From Candidatus Woesebacteria bacterium (GTDB lineage Bacteria; Patescibacteriota; Microgenomatia; UBA1406; HO2-37-13b), in contig JAGORW010000002.1 of NCBI GenBank assembly GCA_018062605.1, positions 1-37,073 on the forward strand: DNA of 37,073 nucleotides, given 5' to 3'. Below, piece by piece: positions 16,494 through 25,757 of this stretch (position 1 is its first letter; each line of letters begins with the position of its first letter). The notes beneath the pieces were generated by a model. It searched no databases. It was not told where the DNA came from and saw nothing but the letters and a program-made list of their open reading frames with translations. The position numbers and the translations under genes are program-made.

Positions 16494-16547
16494 AGAGTGT
16501 TTGAGTAATTAAGACATAAATGCAGATATCTGTAGTTAAATGTTAAT

Positions 16548-17045
16548 CTATCCGAGTTCAACAATCCCAACTATATTTGCAGGAGAAATGCCATCACCTT
16601 TAACAAGTGATAAAAAATCAAAGGTCGCATGGATATCTAAGTCAAGTGCCTCTGCTTCTTCAAGCGCGCTATCAATATCAGCCGAAGGAAGTTCCCCTAT
16701 CGTTATATGTGGTTCAAAAACAAACTCTTGTTCTAGGGTTTGGAATATTCCCGAATAGAGTTGAACATGGACATGCATTATTTCTTCATTACCCTCTTTA
16801 ACGAGAAGAAAAATAAGCTCATCTTCGATTTTCTGTAGACCGTGCAAATGAATCGGAAAAGGCATAATGTCCTGAGTAACTTTTTTTACATGTTCAAGAA
16901 TTTGATACTCAGAAAAATCGGAAAAAGGAAAGACAAGGGTGATATGAGGAGGAATAACATTCCATTTTGGGTCATGCTTTTTTCTAAAGATATCGATTTC
17001 AGTTGAATGTATATTGAGGAAATAGACAAGGGCATAGAACTGCAT
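16548..17045 (-). CDS. 2H phosphoesterase superfamily protein (LigT/YjcG-like)
   Basis: Two HxT motifs (PPHITLVF and EPHITIGE). The start is moved to MQFYALVYF because the longer ORF runs across the terminator at 17084-17119. Confidence 0.7.
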   Translation of the reverse strand: MQFYALVYFLNIHSTEIDIFRKKHDPKWNVIPPHITLVFPFSDFSEYQILEHVKKVTQDIMPFPIHLHGLQKIEDELIFLLVKEGNEEIMHVHVQLYSGIFQTLEQEFVFEPHITIGELPSADIDSALEEAEALDLDIHATFDFLSLVKGDGISPANIVGIVELG

Positions 17046-17083
17046 AGTGTTAGTTAAGCAGATGTTCAGGTTCGCAAGATGAT

Positions 17084-17119
17084 AAAAAAAAACTGGCCGC
17101 CTCGAAATGAGACGGCCAG
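17084..17119 (-). terminator. Rho-independent terminator of gene 17173..17697
   Basis: The minus strand reads CTGGCCG-(13-nt loop)-CGGCCAG followed by T9. Confidence 0.75.
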
Positions 17120-17172
17120 ATAGGTAGATTGACTTGTATGGCAATCTAGGTTGTCAAATTAACATATGGATA

Positions 17173-17697
17173 CTACAGAAAGCCTTCTAATCCTTTGATG
17201 GCAAAAAATATACATCCGTAACCCAAGATACCGCACAATGATACAATTATGCCACCAAGGACAATGTCAAGGATCTCGTAACCAAAATCAGACGTCATTT
17301 CTACGGCCATGAATATTACCCATAAACACGCAATGCCAAGGCAGAAGATAATCGTTCGTATAATCCATCGTCCGAAGGAATTTTCTACCTTGAAACTCAA
17401 GTAAGCACCAATTGGCGTGTTATCGTGCGTAGTTTGGGAAACACTGTAGATTCCCGTATTGCAGTTGTTCCTTTCGGTACAATTCTCAATAACTAGTTGC
17501 CAACTGTCCTCAACGTACATTATGCTTTTACCAGTAGATTGAAAATGCGCTGGAATGAATCTCTTACCTACGACATTTCCTTCCCGTGGTGGAGTGGGAG
17601 TAAAGAAAGCGGCTATCACGGTAAAAATGAAGCCCGTTGCAAGAAGTATCAGCGTGGTAACATTTCTGTTACTTTCCTTGTTCTTTTCGATTTTCAC
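17173..17697 (-). CDS. hypothetical membrane protein
   Basis: 174 aa, GTG start preceded by AAGGTGGTGAAAA. One N-terminal and three C-terminal TM helices. Confidence 0.6.
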   Translation of the reverse strand: MKIEKNKESNRNVTTLILLATGFIFTVIAAFFTPTPPREGNVVGKRFIPAHFQSTGKSIMYVEDSWQLVIENCTERNNCNTGIYSVSQTTHDNTPIGAYLSFKVENSFGRWIIRTIIFCLGIACLWVIFMAVEMTSDFGYEILDIVLGGIIVSLCGILGYGCIFFAIKGLEGFL

Positions 17698-17766
17698 TTT
17701 TCACCACCTTTTTTGGTAGATTTAAAAAGCTCGAATTGGTATATCCACAGTTTCAAAGAACGTGAA

Positions 17767-17795
17767 ATTATATCACAAATAGGCTCGCGGGTCAA
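17767..17795 (-). promoter_or_regulatory. sigma-70-type promoter TTGACC-17-TGaTATAAT with a leader of about 65 nt
   Basis: -35 at 17795-17790 and -10 at 17772-17767 on the minus strand. It serves gene 17173..17697. Confidence 0.55.
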
Positions 17796-17860
17796 TGCTA
17801 TAGGATGTAAGGGAAGGGCTGTCGAACTAGGGATATGAAATCCCAAAAAATATTCAAAAT

Positions 17861-17899
17861 TTAGTTTGTATGTTTACTAGTTACCAGTTAACCAGTTCA
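17861..17899. repeat. short-register variant of the phased repeat (ACTAGTT ACCAGTT AACCAGTT)
   Basis: TTTAGTTTGTATGTTT then ACTAGTT|ACCAGTT|AACCAGTT|CAC. The last unit overlaps the KH-gene stop codon. Confidence 0.5.
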
Positions 17900-18136
17900 C
17901 GACTTGATATTGATATACAGCTTCTGGGTATCTTCCCCATTCTTGGATTTGTAGGTGCGGATGATATCGGTGATAGCTTTAATTGTGAGGCCGTGCTTGC
18001 CGATTACGCGTGGGTAATCTTCTTCAGAAAGGTACACGTTGAAACGGAGAATATCTCCTTCAATTTCTTCTTCGATGCGCATTTGGTCAGGAAAGTCGAT
18101 CAGAGATGTGAGGATGTATTCTAATAAGTCTTTCAT
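17897..18136 (-). CDS. KH-domain RNA-binding protein (YlqC/UPF0109-like)
   Basis: 79 aa. GxxG loop VIGKHGLTIKAI. Conserved position after rpsP. Confidence 0.85.
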   Translation of the reverse strand: MKDLLEYILTSLIDFPDQMRIEEEIEGDILRFNVYLSEEDYPRVIGKHGLTIKAITDIIRTYKSKNGEDTQKLYINIKS

Positions 18137-18138
18137 AC

Positions 18139-18378
18139 TTACTTTTTGAGATTTTTGAAAAGTCTTTCGGTTCCTTTTGTGTGCGTTGCGCCATTGCCAA
18201 TCCAGTAATCCAAGCGAGCTTGGTCTACAGTGAGGACATGTTTCTCTGGAATTGGATCGTAAAAGCCGATCTGTTCAATATACTTTCCATCTCGCTTGCT
18301 TCGAGCCTCAGCAATGATGATACGATATTTTGGATCGTTTACGCGGCCAATTCTGGTTAATTTGATTTTGAGTGCCAT
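18139..18378 (-). CDS. rpsP: 30S ribosomal protein S16
   Basis: MALKIKLTRIGRVNDPKYRIIIAEARSKRDGKYIEQIGFYDP. Confidence 0.95.
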   Translation of the reverse strand: MALKIKLTRIGRVNDPKYRIIIAEARSKRDGKYIEQIGFYDPIPEKHVLTVDQARLDYWIGNGATHTKGTERLFKNLKK

Positions 18379-18380
18379 GA

Positions 18381-18461
18381 TTTAGTTTAAATTGGTTGAA
18401 ACTGGTTTAAATCAGTTTTTGCTGCCTTCCAGTTAACAAGTTAACGAGTTCACCAGTTGAC
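18381..18461. repeat. phased repeat array: four 10-bp units then four 8-bp units
   Basis: TTTAGTTTAA ATTGGTTGAA ACTGGTTTAA ATCAGTTTTT, then a 10-nt break, then AGTTAACA AGTTAACG AGTTCACC AGTTGAC. Confidence 0.65.
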
Positions 18462-18473
18462 TAAGTGATTATA

Positions 18474-19193
18474 TCATATTCCAAGCTCTTGTAAAGCTTT
18501 GCGAGCAGCACTTTCTTCTGCCTGCTTTTTAGATTTACCTTGTCCCCTCGCAAGAAGATTCTTCCCATCATACACGCCAATTTCATATATTTTGTCGTGT
18601 TCAGGTCCATCTTCATTAATAACTTCATACATTGGAAGCTTTTTAAACTTCTCTTGATAGTATTCTTGTAGCGTATTTTTTGCTGGAAGATAGAGTTTTC
18701 CTTGGACAATACGGTCCAAATTTCCATCAAATAGGAACTTTTTAATAAATTCATATGAGGTATCAAAGCCAAACTGCAAGTAAATCACTCCGATCAGAGC
18801 TTCAAAAGCATCAGCAAGAATAGAAACATTATCGCGACCATTGTTGTCTTGCTCACCTTTTGAAAGATATATGAAATCACCAAGCCTTATGCGCTTTGCG
18901 GCCTCATACAAGCTTGTCGTATTGACAATTGAGGCTTTCATATCAGTATAATCGCCTTCTTGATAGTCAGTGTATGTCGTATACAAGTAGACTGATGTCA
19001 CTAAAGAAAGCACACTATCCCCCAAAAATTCCAATTTCTCATTTGACGTGAATCTGAAATCTTTGTGTTCATTAAGAAATGATCGATGGACCAGTGCATG
19101 TGTGAAGAGGTCGTGATCTTTGAATGTAATACCAATTGTTTTTTCCAGAACTGAAAGATCAGTTACTTGTTTCAGCTGTTTCTGCATATTCAT
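18474..19193 (-). CDS. rnc: ribonuclease III
   Basis: Signature [13 protein letters not shown]-terminal dsRBD ([16 protein letters not shown]). The start is taken at MNMQKQ; the upstream extension overlaps nusB. Confidence 0.9.
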   Translation of the reverse strand: MNMQKQLKQVTDLSVLEKTIGITFKDHDLFTHALVHRSFLNEHKDFRFTSNEKLEFLGDSVLSLVTSVYLYTTYTDYQEGDYTDMKASIVNTTSLYEAAKRIRLGDFIYLSKGEQDNNGRDNVSILADAFEALIGVIYLQFGFDTSYEFIKKFLFDGNLDRIVQGKLYLPAKNTLQEYYQEKFKKLPMYEVINEDGPEHDKIYEIGVYDGKNLLARGQGKSKKQAEESAARKALQELGI

Positions 19194-19536
19194 TTTCGTA
19201 AATTTTTCCGAGGACTGCATTGATAAATCCAGGTGATTTATCGCCCCCAAGCTCTTTTGCGAGCTCAACGGCTTCATTAATAATAACCTTTGGTGGCACT
19301 TGTTTTTCTATCATGAGCTCATAAATAGCCAGTCTTAAAATCGATAAATCAACTTTCGCAATTTTATCGATCACATATTTTTGAGCATAGTGCATAATAT
19401 GCACGTCAAGTTCATCAAGATGTTGAAGAACGAGATCTGTTTTCTCGGCTCGTGGTAACTCGGTTTGGGCATTATCGAAGGTAGCAGCGAAGAGCTGCTG
19501 AACAATCTTCTGTCTTCGAATATGACGTCTATCCAT
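19159..19536 (-). CDS. nusB: transcription antitermination factor NusB
   Basis: 125 aa. Conserved blocks [15 protein letters not shown] and [26 protein letters not shown]. Confidence 0.85.
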   Translation of the reverse strand: MDRRHIRRQKIVQQLFAATFDNAQTELPRAEKTDLVLQHLDELDVHIMHYAQKYVIDKIAKVDLSILRLAIYELMIEKQVPPKVIINEAVELAKELGGDKSPGFINAVLGKIYENEYAETAETSN

Positions 19537-19541
19537 ACAAG

Positions 19542-19682
19542 TTAACGAGTAGCTTTTCTATGTGACAATCGTGGTTTTCCTGTGTCTTTGTCGTACACAA
19601 TTTCAGGAAGAGATTGTTTTTTTGTTGCTCTACGAGTGCCTGTGCGCTGCGTAGAGTGTTTTTTCTTTGGTGTTGGTGCCAT
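19542..19682 (-). CDS. rpmF: 50S ribosomal protein L32 (not in the ORF track, under 60 aa)
   Basis: Hand translation gives [46 protein letters not shown] plus TAA. This is the canonical L32 N-terminus (PKKKxSxxRxxxRRA). No CxxC zinc motif. Confidence 0.8.
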   Translation of the reverse strand: MAPTPKKKHSTQRTGTRRATKKQSLPEIVYDKDTGKPRLSHRKATR

Positions 19683-19747
19683 ACAGGTATTGTACAATGT
19701 TGCCGATCATTTGGCAATCTTAAAATCTTGTCATAATAAGTATGGGA

Positions 19748-21865
19748 TTAGTTGGCCGCGATATAGTGTATACGATACTTTTCAATAACTTTTTGAAGAT
19801 CTGGGAACTTTTCGAGTTCAGTGCCAGATTCAACATACTTCTTAGCAGCTTCATGAGTCGCTTGAACGAGTGGAATATCCATTAAGTCCGCTACTTTCAA
19901 GCTGTCAACGCCGTGCTGTTGCGTACCAAAAAGTGTTCCCCCGCCTCTGTGCTTTAAGTCATATTCAGCAAGTTTGAATCCGTCAGGTGTTTGGGAAAAA
20001 TACTGAAGACGTTTTTGGGCGTGAGGGTCCTTTGACTCAGTAAAAACAACACAATGAGATTGCTTGTCAGAACGGCCCACGCGACCTCTTAACTGATGCA
20101 ATTGCGCCAAGCCAAATCGCTCCGCAGCTTCAATCACAATCACAGTCGCATTTGGAATATCAATTCCGACTTCAATAACAGGCGTTGTCACAAGAACATT
20201 TAAGTCATTAGACAAAAACTGCGCCATAATATCTTCTTTCTCATCCTTTTTCATCTTTCCATGAAGAAGACCAAGTTTGAGATCTGGGTAAATATCTTTC
20301 TGAAGAGTTTCAAACTCGGCTTTTGCAGCTTTAACTGATACAAGACTTTCAGATTCAGACGTTTCAATGAGTGGACATACAATGAAAGCTTGCGTCTTGT
20401 CACTATGAATCATCGTGCGAATCCATTCATAGGCATCTTTTCGCTTTGGTTGGGGAGTAATATATGTTTTAACAGGGAGCCTTCCAGCAGGTTGCTGGTC
20501 TAATACCGTAATATCTAGCTCCCCGTGAAGTGTCAACATGACAGTACGTGGAATTGGGGTTGCTGTCATGCTGAGCATATGTGGATGAAAGCCTTTAGAT
20601 TTTAATTGAGCCCGCTGCGCCACACCAAATTTATGTTGTTCATCAACAATCACGAGTCCAACTTTGTCAAAGTTTTTCGCTTCTCCAATTAACGATTGTG
20701 TACCAATAATAATGTCGTGCGTTGCTCGCTCAGATTCCTTTAAAGGATTGGTGCGTGTCATAAGGCCTATCTTTGGAACTTCTGCGCCCTTCAAAAATGA
20801 AAAGAGCTTTGAAATTGAAGAAAAATGCTGCTGTGCAAGTATTTCAGTTGGCACCATAATGAGAGTTTGCAAGCCATTTAAATACGCAACATACGCTGCA
20901 AGAACTGCAATCACTGTTTTTCCACTACCAACGTCTCCTTGCAACAGTCTGTTCATTGGTTTTGATAAAGGGAGATCGGAAAGTATTTCAGTAAGAGCTT
21001 TCTCTTGCGCCTCCGTTAACGTAAACGGTAATGATTTTTTCATCTTTTGAAGAAGTGGCGTATATTTTTCAACATCCAATGCATTTTGAACAACCTCTTT
21101 TTGCCACTCCATCTTAATAAGTTGAGAAGACAACTGAATCACAAATAATTCATCAAACGCCTTTCTGTATCTGGCCTTATTGAGAGCATCCATATTTTCA
21201 GGGAAGTGAATGTTGTTGTAGGTATATGAGTCGTCCTGGAGTTTATACGTATTTCGGATTTCCTCTGGTAACGTATGCGGAAGAGCATCCGCATACATCT
21301 CTAAAACAGCATGAATTTTTTCACGCAGAGTTTTTGAAGATAAACCTTTTGTTTGAGGATAGACTGGCACAAGGCGACGCGTATGCAATCCTTTTTCTGC
21401 CGCCTCCCCTACTTCAAATTCTTCAGTTTGAAACTGCAGTCGATCTTCAATATTTTTCACATGCCCACTCAACGTAATCGGCGTGCCAATTCTCATAATT
21501 GAACGCAAATATGGCTGATTAAAAAGCGTTAACTCTAGATGTCCCGTCTCATCTTGCACTTTAATCTTTTGAACAGTGATCCCTCGACGAGTCGCAAGGG
21601 AGGCAAAACTAGCCACAGTACCAACAACTGAGACTTTACCAACAGATACAAGATGCAATGCCCCATCATCCGCCGGAGATTGATATGGTGCAACTTTTCC
21701 TGATAATACATCTCCAATTTCTACATGTGTGCTGTAATCTTCATAGCGAAAAGGAAAATGATTGAGCAGGTCTTGATATGTATGAATACTAAGATTTTCA
21801 AGTTGTTTAAGTGTCCTGCCTGAAGTATGTGGCAAGGATTTAATGGGGATTTCATCTAATCTCAT
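19748..21865 (-). CDS. recG: ATP-dependent DNA helicase RecG
   Basis: 705 aa. Wedge/OB N-terminal domain, GDVGSGKT, VIVDEQHKFG, QLRGRVGR. Confidence 0.95.
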   Translation of the reverse strand: MRLDEIPIKSLPHTSGRTLKQLENLSIHTYQDLLNHFPFRYEDYSTHVEIGDVLSGKVAPYQSPADDGALHLVSVGKVSVVGTVASFASLATRRGITVQKIKVQDETGHLELTLFNQPYLRSIMRIGTPITLSGHVKNIEDRLQFQTEEFEVGEAAEKGLHTRRLVPVYPQTKGLSSKTLREKIHAVLEMYADALPHTLPEEIRNTYKLQDDSYTYNNIHFPENMDALNKARYRKAFDELFVIQLSSQLIKMEWQKEVVQNALDVEKYTPLLQKMKKSLPFTLTEAQEKALTEILSDLPLSKPMNRLLQGDVGSGKTVIAVLAAYVAYLNGLQTLIMVPTEILAQQHFSSISKLFSFLKGAEVPKIGLMTRTNPLKESERATHDIIIGTQSLIGEAKNFDKVGLVIVDEQHKFGVAQRAQLKSKGFHPHMLSMTATPIPRTVMLTLHGELDITVLDQQPAGRLPVKTYITPQPKRKDAYEWIRTMIHSDKTQAFIVCPLIETSESESLVSVKAAKAEFETLQKDIYPDLKLGLLHGKMKKDEKEDIMAQFLSNDLNVLVTTPVIEVGIDIPNATVIVIEAAERFGLAQLHQLRGRVGRSDKQSHCVVFTESKDPHAQKRLQYFSQTPDGFKLAEYDLKHRGGGTLFGTQQHGVDSLKVADLMDIPLVQATHEAAKKYVESGTELEKFPDLQKVIEKYRIHYIAAN

Positions 21866-21870
21866 AGATT

Positions 21871-21910
21871 ACTAGTTTAAACTAGTTTAAATTAGTTTCA
21901 ACTAGCTAGT
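21871..21910. repeat. phased 10-bp repeat array directly upstream of recG
   Basis: ACTAGTTTAA ACTAGTTTAA ATTAGTTTCA ACTAGCTAGT. The minus strand reads TTGAAA-16-TAAACT-8-ATG(recG). Confidence 0.7.
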
Positions 21911-22025
21911 ACATCGCCTGAAGTAGAATCGGCAAGAACGAAGTCAAAATCAGCATAAGAGTAGCGACCAAAATAAACACCTTGATAGCTTTTTCTCTGG
22001 AAATATATTTCTTCAATGTTTTCAT
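21906..22025 (-). CDS. possible 39-aa single-pass membrane peptide
   Basis: Hand translation gives MKTLKKYISREKAIKVFILVATLMLILTSFLPILLQAMY plus TAG: a basic N-terminus and one hydrophobic helix. No SD or well-placed -10 box was found. Confidence 0.3.
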   Translation of the reverse strand: MKTLKKYISREKAIKVFILVATLMLILTSFLPILLQAMY

Positions 22026-22051
22026 ATTCAGATAGCGATTATTTTTTTTAG

Positions 22052-22057
22052 TATACT
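22052..22057 (+). promoter_or_regulatory. -10 box TATACT, 6 nt upstream of the PBP1A ATG
   Basis: T8-AG-TATACT-ATACCT-ATG. Confidence 0.45.
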
Positions 22058-22063
22058 ATACCT

Positions 22064-24673
22064 ATGCAAAATGCACCAACACTTCGTCGAAACCATAGAA
22101 AATCGAGTTTTCGATTGCCTCGATTGAAACAGAACTCGATCAGCTGGCTTCTTAAGGCAGCACTTATTGGAATAGTCGGCTTGTTTGTTTTTGGGCTGCT
22201 TGCTTTTGCATGGATTTCGCGCGATCTTCCGTCTCCAGGTGAAATAACCAAGCGAACTGGCTCATCTACGGTTTTTGTCGATAGAAATGATGAAGTTTTG
22301 TTTGAAATGTTTGAAGATAAAAATCGTATTCCCGTCAAAATTGCCAATGTTCCAGAAAACTTAAAGCATGCAGTTATTGCGGTGGAGGATAAAAGCTTTT
22401 ACTCACATGGCGGATTTTCTACATGGGGCTATATTCGCTCGATATTTAAAATTGCCACTACTGGTCGACTATCTGGAGGTTCAACTCTTACGCAGCAACT
22501 CGTTAAAAATGCTTTACTTTCCAGAGAACGAACGCTTACCCGTAAAGCGAAAGAGCTTATCTTAGCTGTAGAACTTGAACGTAGATTTACGAAAGATGAG
22601 ATTCTTGAAATGTACATGAATGAGTCGCCATTTGGTGGTACATTCTGGGGCGTTCAGTCTGCTGCAAAAGGATATTTTGACAAAGATGTGAGGGAATTGA
22701 ATCTTGTTGAATCTGCAATTATTGCTGGCCTTCCACAAAGTCCATCTATTTATAATCCAATTTCTGGTCGCGAAGGAGCATATATTGGACGTACAAAGGA
22801 CGTTTTACGAAGAATGCGCGAAGATAAATATATCACAAAAGAAGAAGAGACGAAGGCACTCAAAGATTTAGAAAACATAAAGTTCAAGCCAAATAAACTT
22901 GCAATTCAGGCGCCTCATTTTGTTTTCTATGTACGTCGACTCATTGCTGAGCAGTTTGGAGAAAAAATGCTTGATGAAGGTATAACGATTAAAACGACAC
23001 TTGATTTGAAAGCTCAATCAAAGATTCAGAAAATCACGTTTAATGAAATTGAAAAAATTAAAGCGTTCAAGGCGACAAATGGTGCTGTTGTCGCAATGGA
23101 CTCACAAACGGGAGAAATTCTTTCAATGGTTGGTTCGTATGATTACACCAATCCAGAATTTGGAAGCTATAACGTTGCAACCGCTCGCCGTCAACCTGGA
23201 TCAGCAGTGAAACCTTTTACATATGCAGCAGCATTTCAACAAGGATATACTCCTGCATCAGTAATTGTCGATGCTTCAACCGAGTTTCCAAATCAGGGTA
23301 CAAAATCGTACACACCTGTAAATTATGATGGGAAGTTCCGCGGTCCCGTTCAATATCGATTTGCTCTTGCTAACTCTCTCAATATTCCAGCAGTTAAAAT
23401 CTTAGCCCAAGTGGGTATGCGTAACATGATGCAAACTGCCTTTGATATGGGAATCAAGAGCTTTGAGCCAACATCTGAAAATATTAAGCGCTATGGATTG
23501 TCTGTCACACTTGGAGGTGGTGAGACAACGCTTCTTGACTTAACTAATGGCTTTTCGACGTTTGCAAGACAAGGTCAGGCCGTGGAGCCAGTCGCGATTC
23601 TTGAAATTAAAGATAATAAAGGTCGTTCAATTTTCAAGCATAAAGAGGCAAAACCAAAGAAGGTGTTATCTGAAGAGATTGCATTCCTGATTTCCCATAT
23701 TTTGTCAGATAACAATGCTCGTGCAGATGCATTCGGAACAAACAGCTTCTTGCGCGTTCCTGGCAAAACTGTTGCTGTTAAGACAGGTACCACAAATGAC
23801 AAAAAGGATAACTGGACTGTCGGTTATACCAACAATGTAACAGTTGGTGTGTGGGTAGGAAATAATGACAATACCCCAATGAATCCAAAAATTGCCTCAG
23901 GATTGACCGGAGCTTCATCAATCTGGAATGCAGTTATGAAGGAACTTTTCGCACAGGGCTACAAGGATGGCATTATGAAAGTTCCGGAAAATGTAGAAGC
24001 TATAGAAGTTGATGCGCTTTTAGGCGGACTTCCAAAAGATGGCTCCCCTTCTCGCTCTGAATATTTTGTTAAAGGTACGCAGCCAACAGACATATCTCCA
24101 CTGTACAAGAAAGTTAAACTTGCCAAGAGTGATCAAGATAAACTTGCAAACGAAATCGAAATTAAAGGTGGAGAATATGTTGAGAAAGACTTTATCGTGT
24201 TAACAGAGCAAGATCCAATATCCTCAGACGGTAAGAACCGCTGGCAGGACGGAATAATCGCATGGATTGCCAGTCAAGCAGATGATCGTTACAAAGTTCC
24301 CACGGAAACTTCAGATGCGCGTAATGATGAAATGGTCGTCTCATTCAAAGAGCCCAAAGATAAATCCCGTATTAATAGTAACGAAATACGTATTCGCGCA
24401 AAAATAACTTCGCTCCATTCCATTAAAAAGGTTGAGATATTTGTTGGCGATAACCGAGTGAAAGAATTTAATGAGAACAAGAAAGATATTGATGAGACAA
24501 TCCATTTAGATGATGGCGTGTACACTATTTGGGTGAAAGCTGAGAATAGCGATGGCAAGAAAAAAGATAATCGTGTCAGAATTGGTGTAAACAAAGAATG
24601 GGATGATTCTGGCGAACCTGCGCCAACTTCTGTGCCAGAAGAGCCAACTGCAACACCTACTGTGGTGCCGTAA
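22064..24673 (+). CDS. bifunctional class A penicillin-binding protein (glycosyltransferase + transpeptidase) with C-terminal Ig-like domain and Pro/Thr tail
   Basis: GT51 motifs AVEDKSFYSHGG, GGSTLTQQ and RKAKELILAVELE. Transpeptidase motifs SAVKP, SLN and KTGT. N-terminal TM anchor. Confidence 0.9.
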   Translation: MQNAPTLRRNHRKSSFRLPRLKQNSISWLLKAALIGIVGLFVFGLLAFAWISRDLPSPGEITKRTGSSTVFVDRNDEVLFEMFEDKNRIPVKIANVPENLKHAVIAVEDKSFYSHGGFSTWGYIRSIFKIATTGRLSGGSTLTQQLVKNALLSRERTLTRKAKELILAVELERRFTKDEILEMYMNESPFGGTFWGVQSAAKGYFDKDVRELNLVESAIIAGLPQSPSIYNPISGREGAYIGRTKDVLRRMREDKYITKEEETKALKDLENIKFKPNKLAIQAPHFVFYVRRLIAEQFGEKMLDEGITIKTTLDLKAQSKIQKITFNEIEKIKAFKATNGAVVAMDSQTGEILSMVGSYDYTNPEFGSYNVATARRQPGSAVKPFTYAAAFQQGYTPASVIVDASTEFPNQGTKSYTPVNYDGKFRGPVQYRFALANSLNIPAVKILAQVGMRNMMQTAFDMGIKSFEPTSENIKRYGLSVTLGGGETTLLDLTNGFSTFARQGQAVEPVAILEIKDNKGRSIFKHKEAKPKKVLSEEIAFLISHILSDNNARADAFGTNSFLRVPGKTVAVKTGTTNDKKDNWTVGYTNNVTVGVWVGNNDNTPMNPKIASGLTGASSIWNAVMKELFAQGYKDGIMKVPENVEAIEVDALLGGLPKDGSPSRSEYFVKGTQPTDISPLYKKVKLAKSDQDKLANEIEIKGGEYVEKDFIVLTEQDPISSDGKNRWQDGIIAWIASQADDRYKVPTETSDARNDEMVVSFKEPKDKSRINSNEIRIRAKITSLHSIKKVEIFVGDNRVKEFNENKKDIDETIHLDDGVYTIWVKAENSDGKKKDNRVRIGVNKEWDDSGEPAPTSVPEEPTATPTVVP

Positions 24674-24682
24674 ACTCTGAAT

Positions 24683-25702
24683 ATGACTCTAGAAACTCCA
24701 CAATCAATTCCTAATCATTTGCTCGAAAGAAACAAGTCACTGTGGTCTGTCTCTGAAAAAATCGAGTGGGATACATTAGATAAGGAAACCGATTATATTA
24801 TTTCAGGATCTGCTTTTATTGATGTTGATGATGTATATGGTAGAAAGGGAAATCCATTTACCGTTGTGATTGGACCTAGAATTGCAAATTTTACAGATCA
24901 GGAAATGACTGTCATTGCAAGGATAGCGGGCACTCCAGAAACTATTTTTATACATCGATGTGAACCTCAAGATAATAGCGAGACCCTTACCTATAATGTG
25001 GAATTAACAGTAAAAACTCCAACTGGTAAAGGATTAGGTGCATGTGCACATGGTTTTACCGGTGCAATTCAAACGCTCTTAGAAACAGATATGATCTCAA
25101 TTCCTTCAACACTTCTTATAACAACAACTCTCCAAAAATCAGCTCGGGCATTTATCTCTGAGGAAAGAATCATTTCTTTGGAATTTAAACTGTCAGAATC
25201 CCAGCAAATTCTGATTGATGGAGGAAAAATTAATGAAATTTTTGGTATAGAGCATGTAACTGGACACGTAGAACAACCTGTCTTATCAGTTGGTTCACCT
25301 AAATTAACCATTGAAATAACTGAAGCGCAATTTGATCATGTACAGCAAAACTTAGGGAGTTTAAATTATGAGGCTCTATTATTACTTCAAAATGATTTAA
25401 AAATTAACGGGATACATCTGTTTTGCAGGAATTCTGAAACCGGATTACCAGCAAAAGTTATTCAGGCGAATGCTTATTTAGGGAGGGAAAATGTTGTAGA
25501 TCCGGCAACTGGAGTTTCGTGTGCTGCTCAAATTGGATCGGATGAGAAGGTTAATGAAGGAGAAACAGTAAAGTTAACTCAGTATACTGCAAATGGGCCT
25601 TCGGCAGATTTACATGTGACGAAGAAAGCAGATGGATTGGTAGATGTCGGCGGGACTGCTGTTTTGTTTAATTTTGAAGAAGTGGGTCATGATACTAAGT
25701 AG
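24683..25702 (+). CDS. PhzF-family isomerase-like protein
   Basis: The blocks RKGNPFTVVIG and FTDQEMTVIARIAGTPETIFI resemble the PhzF GNPxAV / sEtaF blocks. -10-like TAAACT lies 6 nt upstream of the ATG. Confidence 0.5.
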   Translation: MTLETPQSIPNHLLERNKSLWSVSEKIEWDTLDKETDYIISGSAFIDVDDVYGRKGNPFTVVIGPRIANFTDQEMTVIARIAGTPETIFIHRCEPQDNSETLTYNVELTVKTPTGKGLGACAHGFTGAIQTLLETDMISIPSTLLITTTLQKSARAFISEERIISLEFKLSESQQILIDGGKINEIFGIEHVTGHVEQPVLSVGSPKLTIEITEAQFDHVQQNLGSLNYEALLLLQNDLKINGIHLFCRNSETGLPAKVIQANAYLGRENVVDPATGVSCAAQIGSDEKVNEGETVKLTQYTANGPSADLHVTKKADGLVDVGGTAVLFNFEEVGHDTK

Positions 25703-25742
25703 TCTTTCAAGAACTAGTTAAGATAATTCTAGCTTCACCTTT

Positions 25743-25751
25743 TGCTATACT
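25743..25751 (+). promoter_or_regulatory. extended -10 TGcTATACT, 6 nt upstream of ATG 25758
   Basis: Read directly from the sequence. Confidence 0.45.
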
Positions 25752-25757
25752 ACTTGC

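Noticed and set aside
17046-17144. Upstream extension of the 2H phosphoesterase ORF.
   Set aside because: It runs through a strong intrinsic terminator (17084-17119), and its N-terminal residues are not protein-like for this family.
19529-19717. 62-aa minus-strand ORF between nusB and recG.
   Set aside because: Wrong frame. The same DNA encodes a clear L32 (rpmF) in another minus-strand frame.
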